Shown here: positions 51,519 through 63,560 of the stretch, one piece after another | Numbering within the stretch: position 1 is the first letter of the stretch | Layout: the number at the start of each line of letters is the position of its first letter | From: Marsupella aquatica | Taxonomy: Eukaryota; Plantae; Marchantiophyta | Direction of reading: 5' to 3' | Length of the DNA stretch: 64,000 bases | Assembly: GCA_973895155.1 (NCBI GenBank) | Contig: OZ316892.1 | Coordinates: forward strand, 22,047,068-22,111,067 | Made by a program: the position numbers and the translations under genes | The notes under the pieces: model-generated | The model's input: the letters and a program-made list of their open reading frames with translations, nothing else | Databases searched by the model: none | Told to the model about the DNA's origin: nothing

Positions 51519-52809
51519 CTAATCCAAAGGGACCGCTTTCGGGCCTTCCTCGGTTCCGGAAGTCCCTGCTGTCAATTCTGGAACAATTGTGGCATCGTCA
51601 ACCATGCTATCCTCTTCGGCCTGAGGAATGTCTTCCTCACTCTCCTCATCCGTCTCCCCCTGTCCGTCTTCCTCTTCAATGTTATCTGCAAGGTTAAGAA
51701 TCCTCCCTTTCAACACACTGCTCTGTCGCTCGTCAATCTCAATGGCAACGCAATGTCTCCCCATGGCCAAGGAGGAGGTTGTCCCAGTCCCTGATCCTGA
51801 ACAAATATCCAAAACCCAGTCTCCAACCTGACTAAAATGACTCACTTCCCAATCTAACAATGCACGTGGTTTCTGATAGACATTCACTGCCTTGTTATCC
51901 CCGTTGTGTTTCAGCTTCTTAGTCACAGCTGCGCATACAACCACATTGTTCCTTGATTCATTTGTGTCAAAATTGAAGTGCTCCAATGACCGTTTACCAT
52001 CCTAGCTGTGAAAGCCAATTGTAAAGCACTCAAAGTTGCTGTTCAATCTTGGCCCACCAGCATTCTTCACATTATCCTTAACCCTGAAAAGTCACAAAAA
52101 GTCAAGGAGTCATTTAAACTTAGAAACATGGTTCATGATTTAACTAATAGTTGTTTTTTTCAAAAACAAATATTTCTTACCACACACAATTCTGGAACCC
52201 TCCATTACACTCCGCTTTCAAAACGGTCTTGATGGCCTCATATTGGTCAAGGCTATGGTGAATGATAATATGCCACAACTTTGCAGTAGTAGCCACCTTG
52301 AACGATTAGACCATTTTTATGATCTCCTCAATTCCCCATCCAATAGTGTCCTCATGAAGACATCCAGGCAATGCAAACCCGTAGGGAATATCCACTAAAG
52401 CTAATGTGTAAGCCCGACCCGGAACCACCTCGTGTAATCGCTGAGCATCATGAGTAAAAATATCATAGTGCACATCACCAAACTCTGGATGCTCAAACGA
52501 ATTTGGATGAAGTTCCCCCTCTTGGGTTTGCCGACTAGAAGTCTTCATGGATAGCCAATTTTGCGCTTGCACAATATGTGCATTGAATTTGTCCGGGAAT
52601 GACTTGAGATCTTTGCCTTCCTCATCTCCCTTCTTTTTCCGGGAGGTGGTATCTTTCTACAAAAGGGAACCTTACAATTAGAAACAAGGATTCCAAATAT
52701 TAAATGAATTCAAACAATCATTCGAAGAAAGGTGACAGAATCTTACCCATGTCTGGAAAACAGGTACAAAATTCTTAAGCACATTGTCTGTGCAATGCTC
52801 GGGGTACTT
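51519..52809 (-). pseudogene. Beta-class N4-cytosine/N6-adenine DNA methyltransferase, with introns, 5'-truncated, two in-frame stops
   Basis: Motif order LALVDIPYG ... CVWVK ... FECF ... YQKPRALL ... GDWVLDICSGSGTG ... GRHCVAIEID. GT-AG introns at 52657-52746 and 52084-52180 keep the frame. Stops at 52306 and 52002. Confidence 0.85.
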
Positions 52810-52838
52810 GGTTTAGGGTTTAGGGTTTAGGGTTTAGG
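52810..52838 (+). repeat. Interstitial plant telomeric repeat, about 4 x TTTAGGG
   Basis: GGTTTAGGGTTTAGGGTTTAGGGTTTAGG. Confidence 0.9.
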
Positions 52839-52868
52839 TAAGCCAACGTCGGAAACATTTCACAGGGG

Positions 52869-55800
52869 ATGAGGGAAGAAACTAGACGACCAGTGTTATT
52901 GAAAAGTATTCCAGAAAGGAATTCTAATGTGCATTCCTCATTTTTACCTCGGAGTCATGGTGTTGGGGCAGGGAGCGGATCAAGTCACGGAAACTCAAAC
53001 AGGGAAACCAACCTGGTGGAGAGGGACCCTAGGAAAATATTGAAAGGGTCCCTACACGGTAATGGAGGGATTTCTGAAATACGCCCAGGTATTCCAAGGC
53101 TGCATAGAGTGAAGGAAGAGCCTCCATCACCGAAGGCTACAGGTTTGGAATCTCGGGATGTTCAGAAGAAAATATTGGTGACCATTTCATCATTGAATGA
53201 TAGCGAGTCTTCGGAGAGTGAGGAGGATGATGATGTTCCGGTGGCATCTAGTCGTTACAAACGTACAAGCAACGCCACTTTGTGTGAAACAAAGTTGAAA
53301 GAGGAGGATATCAAGAAAACAAATAGTAAGTACTGTTGTCAGAGTCATTGTCTCCTAAGTCTATCTCCAAAAGAAATTCGTGAGGCGCGTTCTAAATTTT
53401 TGAGGCAGAAATCTCAGGATCAATCTTTATCTTTGCAGTGGCTTATAAAGCGAGACGGAAATGAAGGAGGGAGAGTCTATTTGGGGAGAACATAATTTGA
53501 TTTGGCCTTTTTTTATTGAAATGGAAGCATTGCAGACTATATCTTACACGTTCAAATGGTCAAAAGAGTATTTGTCGGAAAGCTTTCAAGCTTATATTTT
53601 GCATTGGCAATCAGAGATTAAATAGAATTTTGAAATTAGACAACCAAGACTTAGGATATTCTAAACCAGTTGGACGCCCTCCATCTGTTAAAAGATTAGT
53701 CTTGGTCAGTTGGCTTAGGTCGTTTTTTGAGACACGCGTGGAAACATTGCCAAATAAAGAAGTTTCACTTTTACCGGATAATTATTCAAAGCTGGAGGTA
53801 TGGAAGATCTACGACTCCAACTATGCCAAGATTGATGAATCATAAAAAATATCCTATCGACAATTCTTGAAAGTTTGGGTTCAAGAATTTGGTCATGTGA
53901 AGATTCCTCCAGTCAATCGATTCAGTGCTTGTGCGGATTGCGAGGAGTTCAAATCAATTCAGGACAAAGCTGTCTCGGAGACCGAAAAGAGTAAGTTACT
54001 TACAAGTTTGACAAGTTTTTTGTTTCAAGAATATGGCTTAGCACATGATTTCTATTTTTTTTAAGAAATTAACAAGTTGTTTTTCCAAGGCGAGGGGAAA
54101 TTATGTTACAAAAACATAGAGACCAACAATCCAAAGAACGTGAGAAACTCGCGAAGCATCGTAAGAAATGTTTTTCAAATCCTGATAAATATTTTGGAGT
54201 TGTCATTGATGGGATGGATCAGAAGAAGACAAGGTTGCCTCATTGGCCGCGGCCCCCAAAATCGGTGGACGAAACATGTTTGATCCAAATGCACGTTGTC
54301 GGATGCCTAGTTTTCAATGGTGCACTATTTTCAAGAGTGTTTCTTAATTATCCTGTATTGCATAATGATGGAAACTTGACAGTCACAATCTTGCAAAGGG
54401 TGTTTCACGAATGGGAAGAAAAGCAAGGTGGCTTGCCGCCTGTTCTCTATCTTCAACTTGATAATACCAGTAGAGAAAATAAAAATAATTTACTCTTTGC
54501 CTATCTTCATATGTTGATTAGAAGAAAGTTTTTTCGGAAAATCAAACTAGGATTCTTGTTGGTTGGACACACACGAGACCAAATAGATCAAATGTTCAGT
54601 CGATTTTCTAAACGACTAGCAAGGTTTAAGCCATTCACATACGAAAGCCTATGTGATATTATTTGTGAATCATATCAACCCCAACCAAATATCACTCTTT
54701 TAAAGGAAACATATGATTTCCGTCAATATGCCTACTCAGATCCACCTTTAGTCATTGAAAGGATTCGAAATGTTACCTTCCACCACCAGTACAAATTTGC
54801 ATTTGACAAGTTGGAAGATCAAGTTCCAACCCAATGGGGGAAGAAGTTTTCCACGGACTCAACTTGGAAACCTGACGGAGGCGTGAAATTTTTGAGGGAA
54901 GAGGAGCCAGAAAAGGTGATGGGTTGTGCTCCCGGACTACCCCTTTTCAAAAAGGGGGATAAGAACGTTACAAGGACTCAACCAAATATGTCTAGTTCTT
55001 GAAGAATGACTTTGAAGGAGATGGATGATTCGTTAAATGAGATTCAAAAGGGAATACTTGCAGTTGAAACTTTATTCTCAGAAGAGGAAGTGAACTGGTG
55101 GAGAATGTTTTTTGAAGAGCAACGGGAATTGAATAAATCCTTGCTCCCCCGGGTACGCAACTCTTGTATAATTGGCAGGGGTCTACATTTTTATATGGAC
55201 TAAAAAGTTGGCTATACAAAATTATTAAAATTTGAAAAAACCTGGGTTTTCCACTTAAAAAATTTTTCAAGTCATATAAAAGGTTTGGTTCTCCTCTTTT
55301 TCCATATGAAATTAAAAAATATTCCTATACATGTTGTAGTTTTTATTAAAAGATTTTTAAAATTTTATTAAAAATCCTAAAAAGCTGGCTAGTTTGGCTG
55401 TAGACCCCTGTATTAAAAAAAAGTCATATAATTTGGTTTTGATCAACTTTTTATACATCAAAACATATTCGGAATTTTTTTTAAGTTACATTTTTGGATT
55501 CCTTGAGTTGAGAGGTACAAGACTTTAGTAAACTAAAATGAAATCTAAGATGGTCTAAGGATATAGGGTCATTATAAGGAATTAAAAACTTGATTTATAA
55601 AAAGGGGAGTTGCATACCCGGGCTTGCTCCTTGATCAAAGACCATTGATTTTCCCTTTTCAATGGCCACGTTCCCAAGGGGAGATTGCTGTTGTTGTTGA
55701 AGTTCCCAGAGTCCTTGTCAATGAAGAGGAAATTGAAGAGAGAGTATACGGGACCTACTAGAGATATATACGTGGGTCCTTATCGGAATCAAGGAAAGAT

Positions 55801-56305
55801 AGATGCAGAGAAGGAGAATATGGAAGGAGACTTTTTGGATCTTGAAGTCAACACTTATATTTCTGTTGCTGGAGAAGAATTGGAAACATTTTGGGTGGCC
55901 AAGGTGGAAATAATTGACCAGCGCGACGAGTTCAACATTCCAAAAATGATTTATGTTTTATGGCATGCTGCAAAAACCGGGTCAGATCCTTGGAAAGCCA
56001 AGTACTTACCAAAAGTCTTAAACTACGAAAAGAAGAAAAGTGGTCGTGGGAAAGGAACTTTGAAACCAATATGGTTTCAGCAAGAGCTTGATTTATCTTC
56101 AACGACTGTTTTTGCTTACAACTTCATGTTGACAAAATCTGATACATTGTACAAAAAGACAGTAGATCGAATCAAAATCCGATTGACTGAATTTTTGGCA
56201 GAAGAGAAAGAGCAAGAACAAGAGAATGGATCAGCTAGAACCCCGCTAGGAGATAAATCTAGGGATATTTTGTTTCAAGAATTGAGGACTTATGGATCTG
56301 AGTAA
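52869..56305 (+). pseudogene. Sola1-like DDD transposase, multi-exon, with in-frame stops
   Basis: CCQSHC, ICRKAF, FSACADC, VIDGMDQ, LYLQLDNTSRENKN, FLLVGHTRDQIDQMFS, and a C-terminal FWVAKV exon at 55685-56305. Confidence 0.75.
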
Positions 56306-57089
56306 TGAAAAGTAGTTATTGTTTGTGACATTACCATTGAAAAACATGGATAACTTGAAATTTTCAAATTTTCAAAATGCCTTTACCACTTATTCATGAA
56401 TTCAGGGTTAAAGTTTCTTGAGAAATTTGTAGTTTAATATTTTCTTAGTGGGTTGTGTTTCAATTCAATTAGATGGTGTCATTTCTATCCTCCTTGTCTT
56501 CTTTTCACAATAATGTGTATCAGGTTAAGTTGTAGTAGTTTATTTTCTGGTTTTTAAATGACAATGGCTTTTGGCTCAGGTGATTTAGCTGTCGGTTCAA
56601 GAGACAGCTCGTGTAGTTGTGAGACCATTGTAGATAATAGTGTTGTATTTGAGGTCATTTATTGGTGGAATGTAACTTCAGATGAATTTGGTCATTTTAG
56701 GCTGTCAAAACATAGCTAGTTTATGTCATATTTTGTTCGCTCCATATTTTTGTTCTAAAATAGGTGCTAATTTTGGCACTTTTTTTGACTTTTTCGTTGT
56801 TTTTCTGATTTTTTGGCTAGAGTTCCTAAAGTATGGGCTTGTTACTCATCATTTAAGGCTTCTTGTTGTATATATAAATGTACATAATTATTAGAGATTA
56901 TCAAGCCTTTAAGTTGTACATCAATTTAATGATGAGACTCACAACAAAAGATGGCTTGTTAGGTCTCTAAATGTATTTCAAATCTAATATGTGAGTGCCA
57001 CTAGTCTTTATATATACTACCATACATTTTGGATGACTAATCATACCCTAAACCCTAAAACATATACTAAACCATAAACCTAAAAATAG

Positions 57090-57490
57090 TCATATGTTGT
57101 TTATCATGTCATTTATCACTTTTGGTTTAAATGACTACTAACATTTTTAAACACTGATATTTGCATATTTGATTTATTAGTCATTAGTCACTGTCGTCTG
57201 AAATGACTTCCCATATGTGAAACATTGATATGACAGAGTTTTTGTTAATTGTGTCATTCACAAAGACTGTCCAAAATGACTACAACTCATGATTGTTGTC
57301 ATTATAGCAGTCAAAGTCATTTGGCTCATTGGTTTAAATGACACTATTGCAAGTATTAGTCATTTTTTGCACCCCGTCATTTTGGACAATCATTTCAATG
57401 TCATTAATGTTATGTCATTTACATATTTTGTCATTTGAGCACATAAGTCATATGTGTCATAGTCATAAAAGGCCCCATTTTCTACTAGTG
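57090..57490. mobile_element. Right CACTA terminus with GTCAT subterminal repeats
   Basis: ...CCCCATTTTCTACTAGTG ends at 57490. Its reverse complement resembles the TIR at 6070, but the flanking trinucleotides differ (CTG vs ATC). Confidence 0.8.
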
Positions 57491-58059
57491 ATCATATACG
57501 GCAAGGTAGCCAATGCCGGGAAGGAGAGTACAGGAGCCGTAGGGGTGGAACCCCCACAGACAAAAGCCGGGCAGACAAAATCCGGGGTGACAAAAGCTGG
57601 GGTGGCAGAAGCCGGACAGGTAGAAGCCAATGAAGCCGAGGCCGAAGTAATGGTGGGACTGGACTCGCCAATGATGGGTTGACCCGGTCAGGAGCGGGTA
57701 ACCTGTCAGAGAATGGAAAGCCTACATTGGCGCCGAGGAAGGACTGGGGGCGTCCATTGAGGACCAGCCACCAATGTCGTGACGGTGTAAGGGCGCCGTC
57801 CCTTTTAGAGAGGGCGGACGTGGAGGTAGGAGGCGTGAGTGGGCAGAGCGGGCACAGACTTCCAAATTTAGGATTAGGATCAGGACCAAGAAGCGGCCCT
57901 GACACTTAGTTTAGTGGGTTTGCTGATCCATTGATAAGGGCAACACTTGTGCTCTTGCCCCGCTGTACATAGGTAGATTCCACTTAGGAGTAGATTTGGC
58001 TTACGTAACAAGGAAATAGGTAGGTACGCTGTCGGGATAAATACCTGGTCAGCGGGGAC

Positions 58060-61000
58060 TGTCACGTCGTAGGCTTCGGCCTTAACTCAGACTTCAGCTT
58101 AGACGGGCACATCCCTCATAAATCTGAGGGTTCGGGCAGGAAGGGAAGCACGTAATGCACCTTATTCTCGTAAACTAGCGCTAAGTGCGCATACTGCTAA
58201 ATACGGACACCTCCTAGGTATGGTTTGTGTTCCGCCGCCGGAACGTACCTTAGTCGATAGCAGGATCGACCCCGGCTTAAGGGCTTCTAAGCCTTCGTGC
58301 TGTCCGCCTTCGATCCGGATTCGATGATACAGGTCCTCAACCCGTGCTCGCAACCACTTACCCGCAGGCTGCACCCCGTGCACTCGGGTAGTGCGTTCGG
58401 CCTGGCGCTGCCACCCATATACGAGAAACCCACACACATATGCGCACACATGCATACAGACATATAGAATCTCGATTTACACGAAGGAAAATGATGGGAA
58501 AGGATTTTACTACAAAGGGAACATATGCGTACACTTAGTTGACACGACAGCCCTGGAATGCACAGGTTCAAGGCCGAGGGTGCACACTACAACGGAGCCC
58601 GGCTCCGCACTCGCCCGGCGAGCTTAGTCCTACCCCCTCCCCTTGGTACTCTGTCATTCCCAGAGGTCGGGACTCCCCGCATGTCCCGCGGATGTCCGAC
58701 TCTGAAACTAAAAACCCCCCCTGCCTCTACCGAGGGGTGCACTAAATACTAAGAGCCAAGGAACGGGGTGTCCTCTCGCCGAAGATTCGCTGACTAAGGT
58801 CCTAACTAAGCTGACAGTCAGGCCAGAAAACGGCTGTGTCTTATTAGAAGATCCTAATCTACGCAGGCTAGACAGCAGGGCAGCGCTGCTGTACCTAAGG
58901 CAGGTGCCTGTCCCAAGAGCCTGACTAAGCCAATCCTAATCCTAATCTATTCCTACTCCGCCGCTAATGCCTGGCACGCTTGCCAGAGCCGCCCGAATGG
59001 GAACGGCCATCCCGCTGCCTTCGAAGCCTGTCATTGTCCGCTTTGAGGAGCTGGACCTGGTCCAGCAGAGATTCGTTCTCTCGCCTCGCCGCGTCCGTCT
59101 CCTCTGCTGCCTCCTGACATGCCTCCTCCAGCTGCTGGGCGTCGCTTGTCAGTTTACTCGCCAGCTGGTCCTGCTTCTCGGCCTCGGTTTGGAGCCGTGC
59201 CATCTCGGCCTGCAGCGTGGCTATCTCCGTCGCGTCCCGCTGGGCTCGCTCCTCGGCCTCCTCCAGGTCTTTCTGCCAGGTGACAGCTTGTTTCTTCAAA
59301 TTGTCAATCTGGTTCCGGAGTCGTGTAATCTCGGCCTCGTTCCCAGCTTTGGCCTGTTCGGCTAGGGCGGTAAGAGCGTACGCCTTTGCTAACAACTCAT
59401 CGGCGGCTGCAACCTTGGGTCGTAGTTGCAGAAGCTCAGCCTCTTGAGCCGCCACTTCGTTCTTTAGGTACACAGACTCCACCCGGTACCGCTCTATCCT
59501 CTGAAGGGCCTCCGACTGGGCCCGACCTGCCTTTACGGCGGCAACCAACTCCTGATTGAAGAAACAGGCTACCTTCCGGGCCATGAACTCCCCGGTATCC
59601 CGGGCAATTTGATGAGAGAAATCTCCCAGAAGCCCGTTCAGAAACGTACCCCGTACGAAGAGTTCCGGGTGGTCCAAGTTGTGCCTGTCCGGATTACGCC
59701 TTCCCGCCAATGTACAACGTCTTCCTTCGCCGCTCCATCTCTTCATGGAATTTCTTAGCGAAGTACGACGCCCATTTCCTAGGTCGATAGTTCTCGACCT
59801 GGATAACCTGGGCGGCGGAGATCTCCCCCCGGGGTTCCATCATGTGGAGAGCGTACCTCTGGAACTCCAGCCGCTCAGCTATCTCGGGCATGAGGCAGGT
59901 CCTCATCACGAACCCGTTGTCTACTGATCCCTCTGAGGGAAAACTTGAAGATTGGTACTTGGCCCCCTTGCCCTCGGGAGCCCGTGATTCGACTCGATGG
60001 TCACCTTCGGGTAACCCGAAGATCATCTTGAGCCGTTCTTCTGTGAGGGACATATTCCTTCCCCACAGCCGAGTCTGTTGACGTACGTCGTCATAATTCT
60101 TGACAAATTCTGTCATGTCCTCCCCGTAGTACCTGCAAGTGTTCCAGGGGAGAGAGGTGAGGTGCTCAAATCCTGAGTCTTCATGTACACCGCATGCTTG
60201 GGATGGAGGATGTTGCTATGAACGTTTTCCCCCATGCGATGCATCGTCACCTTGGCTACGGCTACCGTGGCCAACGGTAACCCGGATGCAGTGGCGGATT
60301 CCTTCCTCTTCTTTCCCCGTGACTGACTTGGGGAAGGTGATACTTCCCCATCCTCCCGATCGGGCCTGGGGAGTGCCACTGCGGTTGGTAACGGGCCCGG
60401 GGCGGCCATGGTCACTATGTTGTCTGTTGGGGGCGCTCCTGGGGTCAGAGCAGGGGGTGGGGACGATATAGTGTCGGCCCCCCGAGCGCTTGTTCCTCTG
60501 GGCCGCCTGGTCAAGGGTGGGGTAGCCTCGTCGTCATCGCTAAGATCCACAGCGTTGATGACGGAGCGTACCTGTGCTGGCTGGGTGATAGGTGGTGGGG
60601 TTTGGCTAGGCTGCGGCTGAGGCTGAAGCTGAAGCTGAGGTTGAGGCTGAAGCTGAGGTTGCATGGGCACGGGTACGGGTACGGGCCCGGCTGAGTTGGT
60701 CATGTTGGTTGATGGCCGAGTTCCCATGAAGCTCTGCAGGTGCTGGTAGAAGTTCTCCGAAGCGAGTGCGGACGCCCTTGTCGAACGGTTGGTACTGGAC
60801 TCGCCGTTAATGACAGCCCGAACCTGGGCAGGGATGTGGTCGAAGTGATGTCGCTGCAGGTCGATTGTACCCGGGATATTGAAGACCTCGTTCGGAAGCC
60901 GAAGCAATGCTTCCCAGAACCCGATATATTTGTCTCCGTTGAAGAAGTACCCAGATACCTCAGCTGGTCGGTAAAGCTCGCTTTGAGACGGGTAGTCAAA

Positions 61001-61637
61001 GTTAAGGACGTAGTGGTGTCGTCTTGCTAGGCGGATGGCTCTCTCGTATTTGCGTTCGATCTCGTATTGGCGCGGGTTGGCGTGTTTCAATGAATCGGCC
61101 AAGTGCCTTCCGGTAGATAGGAACTGCGTCCAGAATCGAATGGCCGAGCTGGAGAGGATCGTGTGCGACATTCAGAGGAGATAGTAGTGGCGACCTAGAG
61201 AGAATGAGAGAGCTGGGGTCGAAGCTGGCACGCGGACTGATGGACTGGTGCACTACAAAGGGTTGGCTCCCCTTTTATACTTTGAGGGCTTGTCGATCCC
61301 CGACGTCTCCTCGACGCCCATAGGTTGAACCGCTCACGCTTGTGGTGTACCGGCCACTCCGCCGGTCTGAGTCAGCGTGCGTCAGTGGCCGCTTCCTTAA
61401 GTTCGTTATACGGACCCGAGGGAGGGGCCCCTCCACGCTCGTAACCCGGGTGTGCGAATAGCGACCCGCCGCCAGCCTGAACCTGAAGTCCCCCTTATTG
61501 CCTAATGATGTCCTACCCCTAATGATTACCTAAATACTGTTGTTATGCTAATAATAGCGGCCTAAGACCCACCTAACGCGCGTGCCGAGCGCAGTTAGAC
61601 TGAATCACTCATTAACCGCCGTACCGGCGGCGTCACA
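58060..61637 (-). mobile_element. Family-B solo LTR (3578 bp) carrying an ORF
   Basis: TGTCACG...CGTCACA termini, 5-bp TSD GGGAC (58055-58059 / 61638-61642), no gag/pol. Confidence 0.88.
58964..61171 (-). pseudogene. Family-B LTR-encoded protein (three frameshifted pieces, internal deletion)
   Basis: ORFs 60113-61171, 59694-60116 and 58964-59746. A TATAAAA lies on the minus strand at ~61273-61279, upstream of the start. Confidence 0.8.
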
Positions 61638-62459
61638 GGGACCCCAGGGCCTTCTTCTTAAGCAAGTTTTTAGTGCACCAGCAAGGCTGGGATCAATTAG
61701 TAAAGAGAAGCTCTCGGTTAGTTATTCAATGACCTTTGTGTATATTTATGTTTCCTCATGCCTAAGAACTGACGAGAGAGTTGAATAGAGTTGGCCTTTT
61801 GGCTTAGTTGACAGGCATTGTGCATGAGAAGTACTCCTTGTATGGCAATGGCATGGTATACCTTAGTCAGTAGGAGTCATCTTTCTAATTGTGTGTCGCA
61901 TCAACTTGTGTGAAGATTGCCCACATCAACTAAAGGAGAGAAAGTAAGTTTAGAAGCAGGGAGAGTTGGATGTGTTGTGCTAAGAGGGCTCTTAGCGGCT
62001 ACCCAAGCCGATTGGGCATCATTCCGGGGGCGGAATCCAAACATACCTGAAGGAAGACTGATAGAAGAGACAGAGGTGAGGCCTAGAATAGGTCGGGTAT
62101 ATATCTCATGACCCGATGAAGGATCTGTCCAGTATATGTGGTTAAAAAGTTAGTAGTGATAAGAGGAAAGCAGCGTCCCATGCCGATAAACCGTGGAATC
62201 GGCCTTGGCAAGCGAGAAACCGGTGGGAATCGGCTTGTTAAGGGAGGGTTCTTGGGTTTGGAGAGCCATGGGGCGCACCACAGAACACCATTACCTTGTT
62301 AACGACTCAACCCACAATGTGACGATTAATGATGTAAGACCCTCCACACATTACATCCTACCAGTCACACGTTGTTATTGAGTAAACGACGATATAGATG
62401 ATGTTCTAGCAAGTTGCATGGTACAAAAATGTTCATTTTATATGTGTTCCACATGATGT

Positions 62460-63560
62460 TACAAGTGGAGAAATTGGCGGCCCTATGTCTACGACGTGTT
62501 CATAATGTTGTACATAATTGTAAACATAGTCATTGCAGTTGTTATGCATATTAACAACGTATATCAGGATGTTCTGTTTGCATTCCAAGCAACAAAATCA
62601 AGTAGTGAAAGACGTTCGCACGAGTCAAAAGGGAATATGCAAAGACCTGTAAAAAAACCTAGACTTGCAGGTCCACTATTTAAGATTAATTGGATTAGAG
62701 TTAGTCCTGGATGAGTGTCATGTCATGAAAAATAAATCTAGTTAGAATTTCAAGGCCGCACGTTGTCTCAAGGCAGAGAGGAGGTGGTGCCTAAGTGGTA
62801 CACCCATACAAAACAAGGCTTCTGATCTATTTCCTTACTTCAGTTTTCTAAGGTATTATCCTCTAGGACATACCAGACACATCAGAGTTTAAATTGATCC
62901 CTTGAAGGTGTCTGTTTGGAGGCAATTAAATTAATGTCCCTGTAATGTTGTAGAAATTCCGTGATACCAAAGGAGGTGTCTTATCCAATGTGTTGAGCGT
63001 TCTGCTCTGGTTGAGACAATTTGCAATGCACCCAAAACTTCCTTCCTTATGTATGATTCCCAAAGAGGAGATCGGGAACAAAGTGCAAAGAACGCTTCTC
63101 AGTGAGCCTCAACGAGCCCGACTCCTGTCAGAGTTTCAGCAATTGAAGATTGGAAGTGCTTGCGTGGATTGCAAGGTGAGTATAGTCACTAGGGGTATGG
63201 GGTATTATTGGGGTATGATTGACGTATTTCAGTTCACGTGCTTCAATGCCTAACAATTCCTGCACGCACTCACATTGAAGGTTGGATTGTGTAGGGTGGC
63301 TTGATTGGAAGTCCATTTTAGATTTCTGGCTGTGGCCATGTGTGCTGTGGTATTTGTGCAATAGACCGGGAAGCTGGAACCTGCAAATCGACAAGATGTT
63401 CAAAAAATATGACGCCCCACGTCCTACACAGGTTGGCTGATTTGAGGCTAATGAATGGTGGTGCAGAGTCAAAAGGGAAGGTCCGAAGAGAATATGATGT
63501 CCTACACCAAACTTCTCCAAAATTGGATGCAGTCTTGGAATACCTGAAGTTAATTTCGCA
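62460..63560 (+). pseudogene. RAD5/RAD16-type SNF2 ATPase with RING finger, degenerate
   Basis: PLFKINWIRV/VLDECHVMKN...RRWCLSGTPIQN..DLFPYFSFLR, LLWLRQFAMHP, CVDC...CGHVCCGIC...C..C, SPKLDAVLE. Contains stops and frameshifts. Confidence 0.8.

Larger units (their letters stand above)
57491..62282 (+). mobile_element. Diverged, 5'-truncated family-A LTR, interrupted by a family-B solo LTR
   Basis: 57680-58059 plus 61638-62282 align with ~44680-45707. It ends GCACCACA at 62282 and no PBS follows. Confidence 0.85.

Noticed and set aside
51519-52809. Bacterial contamination or a restriction-modification system
   Set aside because: The gene has spliceosomal introns, is contiguous with plant TEs, and has no endonuclease partner.
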